Shown: piece after piece, positions 30,737-38,178 of the stretch
Numbering within the stretch: position 1 is the first letter of the stretch
Layout: each line of letters starts with the position of its first letter
Source: a virus
Direction: 5' to 3' (one strand)
Length of the DNA stretch: 64,000 bases
IMG/VR virus record: IMGVR_UViG_3300005340_000038
Location: 12,362-76,361 of that record
The notes under the pieces: generated by a model
Database searches by the model: none
Seen by the model: only the letters and a program-made list of their open reading frames with translations
What the model was told of the DNA's origin: nothing
Translations under genes and position numbers: made by a program

Positions 30737-30752
30737 TGCCTCTGCCCCTCTG

Positions 30753-31823
30753 CTATGTCACAACCGGGATATCGGATGTCCGCTGTTGCCGTTGCAATCT
30801 CATCTGCTGACACCTCTCGCGCCATTCCATGCAACGAACGCGATGGTCCTCGACGTTTTTGCAGATACTGAACGGCGCGAGCATGTTAGAAGCCAATGGG
30901 GTAGGGCTACCGTCATCGGTGCGTACCTTGGTACTCTTGGCACGGCGCAGATACAGGCATATGTTGAGCATGAGTGGAAGGCCGTACTCGTGGATCGTTT
31001 CAAACACAATCGGGTCAATCCGGCGGGATTCGGCAAATGTGGACTTAGTGCCCAACACATCGCCCCGGGCTTCATCCACAGCAGAGAGAAATTTACGAGC
31101 CATGTTGATTTGCTCTTGGTCGAATGAAGTAGCGAAGGGGTCATAGGCGGGGGCAAGAGGGTGATGAGTTGAAGCCGGGGTTTCTGTCTTGGTAGGGATA
31201 GGTGCAGGCTCGGGGGTGGCGATGGGCTCAGGGTCGATGTCAACCTCTTTCCCATCCTGGCTTACTTCGTCAGAATCTCCAGTATATATATTCTTATTCT
31301 TATTCTTTGTTTTAGTCTTAAAACGCGCGCACGCGCGCGCGGGTACATTATATGCGTCGTCCGAAAATGAGGTGCAATCTTTGCACCCAATCTCGGAATG
31401 AGGTGCAATCTTTGCACCCGATTCTTCGGATGAGGTGCAATCTTTGCACCCTATTTTTTGATCGAGTGCAATCTTTGCACATGATCCATTTTCATCATTA
31501 TGTCGTTCTTCTATGATCTTTTTTGATGATATGAGCTTGCGGGGAGGGGTGCAGGGTAGATGATCTATGGCCAGCCTGTAGCGATTATAGGAACCCTTTT
31601 TCGACTTTCTGACGATCTCGATGGCTTCGTATGGTGGCTTACTGAGTTCGTCGATTATCTTTACGAGATTTCTTTTGCAATATCCTGTCTTAGATGAGAG
31701 TGCGTTGATTCCCTCTTCGCTAAATCCAGCATCGTTTGATGCGTCGGCAATTGCTAGGAGGACTAGCTTATGCCGAGGTTCGACTTTAAGGCGCCAAACT
31801 TGACCTTTTGTACTATCTGACAT
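30753..31823 (-). CDS. Phage replication initiator (N-terminal wHTH, lambda O-like)
   Basis: KLVLLAIADASN..LSSKTGYCKRNLVKIIDEL..NRYRL. Contains internal iterons followed by a KTKTKNKNKN AT-rich tract. Confidence 0.75.
   Translation of the reverse strand: MSDSTKGQVWRLKVEPRHKLVLLAIADASNDAGFSEEGINALSSKTGYCKRNLVKIIDELSKPPYEAIEIVRKSKKGSYNRYRLAIDHLPCTPPRKLISSKKIIEERHNDENGSCAKIALDQKIGCKDCTSSEESGAKIAPHSEIGCKDCTSFSDDAYNVPARACARFKTKTKNKNKNIYTGDSDEVSQDGKEVDIDPEPIATPEPAPIPTKTETPASTHHPLAPAYDPFATSFDQEQINMARKFLSAVDEARGDVLGTKSTFAESRRIDPIVFETIHEYGLPLMLNICLYLRRAKSTKVRTDDGSPTPLASNMLAPFSICKNVEDHRVRCMEWRERCQQMRLQRQQRTSDIPVVT
31371..31481. repeat. Four palindromic iterons GGTGCAATCTTTGCACC; putative replication origin
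   Basis: Copies at 31371, 31402, 31434 and 31465 (the last AGTGCAATCTTTGCACA), spaced 31-32 bp. AT-rich tract at about 31282-31323. Confidence 0.8.
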
Positions 31824-32157
31824 GGCTTGCCCTATCCATGCAAAGTTACAACGTTGTTCACATGGCATACGGGCAAAATCAGCATGGCCATCATGGTATG
31901 CTGAGATACTCGGCCAGTAATAGACTGATGGACTCCTTGTCTCATCATCTTATTCATGCTAAAATCCTCATTAGGATTGTTTGGATTTGACGCAAAGAGG
32001 CTGCGTCATGACAAATTATTGATTTGCCATCTCTTTCGCACCCGCACAGGCTTGGCAGCTTCACTCGCGGGCGCTACCCAATTTTCTCGCTATCCATAGC
32101 AGGGCCGGACGGCCATCCGGCCTTTTGCTATTTCAGGGCACCGGCGCTAGTCATAGG

Positions 32158-32394
32158 TCATTCGCTCTTCTCGCTTATCCATTGCCGATGTTGGGTTTCG
32201 AGATTGATCCATAGCCGCTCATCTATGCCAAGTACAGATTCCAGCGCGGTAGCTATCGAATCGTCCATCTTGACTCTGCCATGCATGATTGAGCTGACGA
32301 TCAATGATCCTAGTCCGGCAGGCGTCATACAACGGGTTTTTAATTCGTCCGCTAATATCTCACAAGGCGGGTATAATTCGGCGGGGCGCCTCAT
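32158..32394 (-). CDS. HigA-like XRE antitoxin or regulator (orphan)
   Basis: PPCEILADEL..SIMHGRVKM..IATALESVLGIDERLWINLETQH. Confidence 0.7.
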   Translation of the reverse strand: MRRPAELYPPCEILADELKTRCMTPAGLGSLIVSSIMHGRVKMDDSIATALESVLGIDERLWINLETQHRQWISEKSE

Positions 32395-32582
32395 TTCACC
32401 ACCTCCCACTCCCCATCCGTTCCCAACCTCTGGTCGTCGCCGTACCATACGTCGAGGCATGTGCCGTTGCTCCATAGCCGTATCTCGCCGCTTGTCGGGT
32501 CCAGGCACATCCCTTCTGGCCATGCACATTTACGGATGATGTGGCCCGCATCGAGTTGTTGTTTGGCCTCCTCGTAGGTCAT
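32391..32582 (-). CDS. Small phage protein (DUF2829-like pattern)
   Basis: MTYEEAK..GHIIRKCAW..DGEWEVV. Confidence 0.45.
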   Translation of the reverse strand: MTYEEAKQQLDAGHIIRKCAWPEGMCLDPTSGEIRLWSNGTCLDVWYGDDQRLGTDGEWEVVK

Positions 32583-33034
32583 GCCCGGCTACCGCCTTGT
32601 CCCTTCGTCACTACAGGCGGCACGATGCGCGTTTTCTTATCCTGGCAATCTCGGCACAAATCCCAATAGATCGGGTGCGCCTGAATCATCTTGGTGATGG
32701 GGTTGCGGATCACGGTATTGCACTTGTAGCACTGGATAATCATGTTATCTGTATTGGGTCTGATCATGCCTGCCCTCCCACGTCTGCCGCCGTTGTATCT
32801 CACGGTCGCACGCATCGGCCATCGCTCGCGCTGCGTACTGCACCGCCCGTATCCTGCCCGTCTCTAGCCGCTGAATGATCGCCTTGAGCGCCATCCCGTC
32901 AAGCGCCGTCATTTCAATGAGGGCATCCAGGGATATACTCATGCCTCCAAACCGCCTACGATTGATTTTAAGGCCATATCATTTTGCCTCTTCGTTTGCT
33001 ACGTCCAGAATCATGAAATCAAAATAAGGCCATC

Positions 33035-33472
33035 CTAGGACGTTATGGGGGTATATTCCGCATGTAGGTGGTTGTCGTGCCCCGCCGCATGCCGAGTTAG
33101 CCCCGCATTGATCAGTGCATCATCGTTGAACAGGAACTGCCTGAACCCGGCGCACCGCAACTCGACAATGAAGCTCACCATCGCGGCGCGGTCGTAGACG
33201 GGGTAGGTGACGTAGCAGGCGTCGTGAGCGCGATCTTTGCGGATGGGCCGAAAGTCGATCTCGACGCCTAGCTTGTGCTGCTTGTGCGGGTCGACAGGCC
33301 CGCCGTGTTCGAGTGAGCAATTACCCACGCCGATCTCGATGCCGTAGCGGCAGAGCATCCGCGCACAGGCAATGCCCGCCGCCGCGATCACCTCGGGCTT
33401 GCCCCAACGCTTTTCATCTGGGCAGTAGCCGTAATAGCCAATCCCGCTCTCCGGCATGTGGATAAAGCTCAT
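33035..33472 (-). CDS. MepA-like (LAS family) Zn murein endopeptidase; candidate endolysin
   Basis: GNCSLEHGG..HKQHKLGVEIDFR..GHDNHLH. Confidence 0.75.
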   Translation of the reverse strand: MSFIHMPESGIGYYGYCPDEKRWGKPEVIAAAGIACARMLCRYGIEIGVGNCSLEHGGPVDPHKQHKLGVEIDFRPIRKDRAHDACYVTYPVYDRAAMVSFIVELRCAGFRQFLFNDDALINAGLTRHAAGHDNHLHAEYTPITS

Positions 33473-33693
33473 AGCGTGCCACTCTCGCCGAATTTCGATA
33501 GTTCAACGGCATTCTTCTCAATGATCTTCTGATATTGAGCATGGAGTATGCCGTTATCTAGCAGGGTCATCAGCATTTCAATCGTGTAATCAACGAGAAT
33601 GGGGTCGTTAGTAAATTTAGAGCAGGATGTATCGATCCATATGGGGTGCATAGGATCGTAGGCTCCATCCTGCCATGTGTTGAATATTTTCAT
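33469..33693 (-). CDS. Hypothetical protein
   Basis: Coupled ORF. Confidence 0.45.
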   Translation of the reverse strand: MKIFNTWQDGAYDPMHPIWIDTSCSKFTNDPILVDYTIEMLMTLLDNGILHAQYQKIIEKNAVELSKFGESGTL

Positions 33694-33700
33694 ACTGCCC

Positions 33701-34711
33701 TTAGTTGTCGAGCGGTTCAGCTCTTTTCTTCCTGCTCGCCCGAGTCGTCTTTTTGGCTGTTTTCTTCTTAGGTCGTGTCGGCGGCTCTATCGGCTCAGAC
33801 TCGGTGGTGATGGCGGTATAGCTGATGCGCTGTTTGCAAACGGTGCAATGCGTCGGTCGCTCTTTATTGATGACCGCGCTTGCTCCGCATCCGTCATGGA
33901 CTAAGAGGTGGAAATCTCGGCTTTGCTTGAGTCCGGCATAGGGCTCCTTTGTAGCCGCATGCGTTCGTATCCGAGTGACATACGTCATGTCTGCCGATCC
34001 TGCCGATAGAGATAATGGATTTTCACTGAAAAGGTAATTGACAGAGACCAAAATATCATCTACTCTTTCAGAAGTCAATTTATTTCTTATTTCTTCCTGA
34101 AATACACTCATAACCGATTGATTTATTAGGTTGTTATGTTCTCTATCTATGTAATTGCTGGTTACAGAATTGAGGAAAAACAGCTTTAACGCTTTCTTAA
34201 TATCAGCCATAGAGATAATCGAATAGGTATCCATATCGTGAGGAATCGGTATATCAAGGATATGCGGGGCGTTATGGTTAGGGTCTACCGGGTAAAGTCG
34301 TGTCCAATAATAGGTGTAATCCCCGAAGAAAAGCACATTAACCAATTTGGTTACTGGCCTTATAGTCCCATCAGCCATAACGATAGGGCTAATATACGTC
34401 CGTTGAACTTGATTAATACCTGCCCTTTCACCGATAGCGCGCGATAGGCCGAGCAAAGAGCTATGCATATTCACCATCGGCGTCATTGTGTAGGACTGAA
34501 ATTCGAATCCAGGGCTTCCAAGGTCGGATTTAAACATCTGTTTGGCGGGCGGCGTCGAGTGAATATACGTCGCATCCCGCACGATGACGCCAGATGGCAT
34601 TTCTTCTTCGACATATCGCGTGATTGTGCACGCATCAACGAGTGGGTCTATCTGTTGAAGCACAACCTTAATTGCTGTAGAATCTTCGGGTACTGTAGGG
34701 GTTGCTTGCAT
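33701..34711 (-). CDS. Hypothetical protein (possible PAS-like N-terminus, C-terminal Zn ribbon, basic tail)
   Basis: ATG 34711 after an AGGAGA RBS; PSGVIVRD..STPPAKQMF; HDGC..HCTVC. Confidence 0.5.
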   Translation of the reverse strand: MQATPTVPEDSTAIKVVLQQIDPLVDACTITRYVEEEMPSGVIVRDATYIHSTPPAKQMFKSDLGSPGFEFQSYTMTPMVNMHSSLLGLSRAIGERAGINQVQRTYISPIVMADGTIRPVTKLVNVLFFGDYTYYWTRLYPVDPNHNAPHILDIPIPHDMDTYSIISMADIKKALKLFFLNSVTSNYIDREHNNLINQSVMSVFQEEIRNKLTSERVDDILVSVNYLFSENPLSLSAGSADMTYVTRIRTHAATKEPYAGLKQSRDFHLLVHDGCGASAVINKERPTHCTVCKQRISYTAITTESEPIEPPTRPKKKTAKKTTRASRKKRAEPLDN

Positions 34712-34816
34712 CGATTGATATCTCCTCTTGGATATACTTACAGTGCTCTTGCCCTGCTGTCCTTGGCGGGGGTAGGGCAAGATAAAAAATGTATCTTCCG
34801 ATTACATTATGCTTGT

Positions 34817-35068
34817 CTAACTGCCGCTAGATGCCGCGTATCTTTTTCGTTTTTTCGATCTAGCCTCCTGAATCATATTTTCCAATGCCTCAAATGGATC
34901 AATGCCCACTTCATCGCATCGACGCATGAGGTCCAATACCTCCTCAAAAAAATCCGCTATGAGCCTATTTGTCTCCGTGCAATAGACGCGCGCCCATATA
35001 AAGGTGGGGTCAGTGATCCTCATTGTCCGGCGTTGAGCACCTGGGTTTTTTATCTTCCGTCTTGCCAT
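34817..35068 (-). CDS. Ribbon-helix-helix-like regulator
   Basis: RRTMRITDPTFIWAR..IADFFEEVL. GAGGAGG RBS; first gene of the leftward arm. Confidence 0.55.
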   Translation of the reverse strand: MARRKIKNPGAQRRTMRITDPTFIWARVYCTETNRLIADFFEEVLDLMRRCDEVGIDPFEALENMIQEARSKKRKRYAASSGS

Positions 35069-35100
35069 AATCCGCCTCCTCTGAGTACCTCATCATCGGC

Positions 35101-35189
35101 CTGTCTAGTCTGCCCAGACAGACTTATAATATTCTTGCTTGACGTATTTGTCAATGAGAAGTATAGTCTGTCTAGACAGTCTAGACTGC
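35101..35189. promoter_or_regulatory. Overlapping divergent sigma70-type promoters with flanking GTCT/AGAC operator-like repeats
   Basis: + strand TTGACG(35139)-N17-TATAGT(35162); - strand TTGACA(35154)-N17-TATTAT. Flanked by CTGTCTAGTCTG..CAGACAGAC and CTGTCTAGACAGTCTAGACTG. Confidence 0.7.
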
Positions 35190-35275
35190 TTAATGAAACA
35201 GGCGCAGAAATGGCATTGGCGTGAGGCTAAGGACTGATTTCTCAGAGCCTTAGCCCGTGGGCAGCGATGGAGTAG

Positions 35276-35941
35276 TTAAGATGAGAGTGTGGCGGCGGGG
35301 TAATCGAACGAGGCAAGGAAGCGGTTTTTATCGGCCCGAAGATACGCTTGCCGTTCACACTCGGCGGTATCTTCTGGGCGAAGCGTGTGGACGTGGGCAG
35401 CGTCCCATTCACCATCCCATTGCGCGAATTTGGGCACCTCCGCGACCCACTCAAAGCCCGATTTGGCGATTGACTTTTTCGCTACCAAATTGGTCCTCCG
35501 GCATGCGGCAAAAATCGAGTAGATACCGAGTTGTGATGCCCAAACGAACATCCCCTGCTGATCTCGCACGCCGAGATGAGATGTGCTGCGAAACTCCGGC
35601 AGGTGATATAGCGCCATCCATGCCGTGGGGCTGCCCTGGTAGGTGGAGAGGTCGTGCAACCAACTCGCTCCGGCAACTTGCCCCCGATAGTAGATCAGGC
35701 AGAAGTGCATCTGGCCTGTCGCTGTTTTGTCTAAAAATGTTTCGAGTGAGCGAGGTAGTGGATCAACGTACTTCCCAATGCAGGCATCATCACGGTGGAA
35801 TCGGCTCCAGAATTGGCTTAACTCCGAGGCCGAAAAGTCAGAAGAAACAAATACTTCCACTTGTGAAGCCATGGACTTTGTGGACTGGATACGCGGGTGC
35901 TGGACCCAAACACCATCGGGTAGGCAAAGAAGGGTTGGCAA
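35276..35941 (-). CDS. GNAT-family N-acetyltransferase
   Basis: LIYYRGQVAGASWL..LYHLPEFRS..GIYSIFAACRRTNLVAKKSIAKSGFE. Confidence 0.7.
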   Translation of the reverse strand: MPTLLCLPDGVWVQHPRIQSTKSMASQVEVFVSSDFSASELSQFWSRFHRDDACIGKYVDPLPRSLETFLDKTATGQMHFCLIYYRGQVAGASWLHDLSTYQGSPTAWMALYHLPEFRSTSHLGVRDQQGMFVWASQLGIYSIFAACRRTNLVAKKSIAKSGFEWVAEVPKFAQWDGEWDAAHVHTLRPEDTAECERQAYLRADKNRFLASFDYPAATLSS

Positions 35942-36233
35942 GCGTTACCTCCTTTCAACGAATTGGCATCTAGAGATAAGGGTATCCCTTAATGATCAAT
36001 TATGTCCATGGATATAGAAATCAATTTAATGGCTATACACATGAATATATCATTGATCATTTAAATGATACGGCCTCTAGAGACTGCTGCCCAAGGATAT
36101 CGTACAACATGAATATCGAGATGACTAGAGCGATGAGGCTATTTTTTAGACATAGCGGGCGGGTGAAATGCCCCTCTAGTTATTTCCCTGAAAAGGGAAT
36201 CTGGGACAATATGACCGAGAATTGGTTAGAAAC

Positions 36234-36407
36234 ATGACATTGTGTCACTCGCAGCGGCAAAGCGGCGAAGTCGCTTGTCTCATCCGCAAGCGCGCCCCAT
36301 CGAAACCTCTGGGGTTCCTCCAACGTCGCGTATCGTACCCCGTGCAACCCGATGCTGCCAGAGGTATCGAGTGCCGCTGCGAGAGATGGATTGGTTTTGA
36401 TGAGTAG
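36234..36407 (+). CDS. Small Cys-containing protein (possible Com-like Zn ribbon)
   Basis: MTLCH..VAC..KPLG..GIECRCERW. Ends just before the first pentamer tract. Confidence 0.35.
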   Translation: MTLCHSQRQSGEVACLIRKRAPSKPLGFLQRRVSYPVQPDAARGIECRCERWIGFDE

Positions 36408-36409
36408 CA

Positions 36410-37018
36410 GGCGCAGAGGAGCTAGGACAGGTGTGGCATCGCCTTGCGTGGACGGGCAAGGCAGGGCATTACAAGGCGAGGCAATTATCATAGTAGTGGC
36501 AGAGCCCGGAATAGATTGGTAACGCGCGAGAAGCCGTGACAAAGCAGGATATATTATCGCTATCTCTATCAATGCGGCATGGCGTGGCCAGGCGATGCGC
36601 AGCGCTGTGAGGCCAGGCGGGGTAAAGCGAGGCAAGGGTAGCTTAGTCGCGGTTGAATAATAAGACCAGGCTAGTCCCGGCTCGGCTAGGATGGGCGCAG
36701 AGAGGCAGGGCGTGGCCGCGCAAGGCGAAGCAAAGATTCATATCATCCGCAATCATATTTGTTAACAAGGCAAGCTATAGTAGGTCTATCAATGGAGCAG
36801 GAGGCATTATAGATAGCTGGGCAATGCATGGACAGGTTAGGCTCGGCACGGAGAGGCTGGGCGCAGCAAGGCACAGCAAGGCGAGGCTAGATAGCACCAT
36901 ATAGCACAGAATATAAATATTAATCATAAGTTATAGATTAAAATTTCAATGTTCATCAGATGAGGCGTGGCATGGGGCGGCACTGCCTGGCAAGGATGCG
37001 CGCAGCACAGCAAGGCAA
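36410..37018 (+). ncRNA. Upstream array of six GGC-NN pentamer tracts (putative guide RNAs)
   Basis: Tracts at 36410-36484, 36498-36547 (degenerate), 36576-36640, 36664-36738, 36815-36889 and 36964-37018, in 5-nt register (e.g. GGCAT GGCGT GGCCA GGCGA TGCGC AGCGC...), with AT-rich linkers. Expression as RNA is inferred. Confidence 0.75.
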
Positions 37019-37035
37019 TCTAATGGAGGCAACCA

Positions 37036-37650
37036 ATGAGTGTATTAAGTGCGTTACGCAAGGGTACTAGTGGATTAATCAAACGTCAGGTCGTCGTCGT
37101 CGGGCAGACAGATATCATGTTTGACCGATATGCGGGTGACAATAATACGGAGTTGCAACCTTGGGACCGAGCCTATTACGCTCCAGACGGAAAGACGTTC
37201 GTGCTCCCTTCACTAAATATCATGAGTTTTTTATCGGGCATGAACACCAGTTCGGCACCCAAGCGACTTTTGGACCCTCGAAAATACAAGAAGATTGCGG
37301 CGGCATGCCTGAGCTACATCCAGATAAGCCCAATGATCATCCCATTTATGAGGGATGGGAAGCCGATTATTCTTGGTACCCCTGATGGCGACAGAGATGA
37401 ACAGAGCGGAGCCTTTATTACCTATGGTGTAGCGCGGCTCGAAAAAGGCATCCCCAATCCGAAGGCTCGTCCTACGCTGCCTGTCCCGTGGTCGCTCATG
37501 TTCAACCTTGATATTTTCCCTAATGACGAAATCCAAGAGCAGCAGATATGCGATCTCTTCGTCAGGGGCGGGCTAGCGCTGGGATTTGGTACTTACCGCG
37601 GGGTGTATGGCAAATTCGTCGTTGAGTCATGGGATGAGCGCATAGATTAA
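37036..37650 (+). CDS. Stand-alone RAMP/Cas7-like protein (Vipr-like), putative RNA-guided effector
   Basis: GGAGG RBS. RQVVVVGQTDIMFD (first strand), FVLPSLNIMSFL (IPgSslKG-like), RPTLPVPWSLMFNLDI, and C-terminal Gly-rich loop GGLALGFGTYRGVYGKFVV. Confidence 0.75.
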   Translation: MSVLSALRKGTSGLIKRQVVVVGQTDIMFDRYAGDNNTELQPWDRAYYAPDGKTFVLPSLNIMSFLSGMNTSSAPKRLLDPRKYKKIAAACLSYIQISPMIIPFMRDGKPIILGTPDGDRDEQSGAFITYGVARLEKGIPNPKARPTLPVPWSLMFNLDIFPNDEIQEQQICDLFVRGGLALGFGTYRGVYGKFVVESWDERID

Positions 37651-37672
37651 CGATTAACAACATAACTAACCT

Positions 37673-38058
37673 GGCGGGGCTAGGCGATGTGCAGCACGGC
37701 TCTGCGGGGCGCTGACGGGCAAGGAAAGGCGAGTGTACTTAAGTCGGATGGATAAGCATAAGCTAGAGCTTGTATAGAAATAAGATAGGTTAATCACGGC
37801 CCGGCAGGGTGGGGCGGGGCAATGCTCTGCACCGCCAGGCCTGGCATGGCTAGGCAAGTCGGGGGTCCATAGAAAAGCCACACATATCTGTTTATTAAGA
37901 TGAGTCAGGGCAAGGCACTGCACTGCGCTGCAAGGCGTTGCAAGGCAGCGCAAGGCAAGGCAAGGGTTATAAGGGTGAAAGTAAGGCGCGAATGACGTAG
38001 CTCTGCATGGATGGGAAGGGAAGTGCACGGCAATGCATTGAGGGGCGAATCAAGGCAA
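37673..38058 (+). ncRNA. Downstream array of four GGC-NN pentamer tracts (putative guide RNAs)
   Basis: Tracts at 37673-37732, 37798-37857, 37904-37968 and 37994-38058, with the same periodicity, strand and GGCAA/GGCGA ends as the upstream tracts. Confidence 0.75.
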
Positions 38059-38178
38059 ATAATCATGCGAACATCATTTAAGCTCAAAACGAGGATGGAT
38101 AAACCCAAATACGAAGAATATCAGCATCAGTTGTGGTCAAATCGTATGAGTCAACTCGGGCATCATGGAGGCAAGGCA

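Noticed and set aside
36410-38058. Canonical CRISPR array or simple microsatellite
   Set aside because: There are no identical 25-45-nt repeats with unique spacers. Variation is concentrated in two of every five positions and tract lengths are similar, unlike a slippage microsatellite.
36180-38178. ORF-track entries overlapping the pentamer tracts (36180-36635 -, 36653-36904 +, 37666-38028 -, 37905-38108 -, and the first 56 codons of 38011-39240)
   Set aside because: Low-complexity Arg/Ala/Gly/Pro/Cys translations produced by the GGC-NN periodicity. A 5-nt period does not fit codon structure, and a better RBS-linked start exists at 38179.
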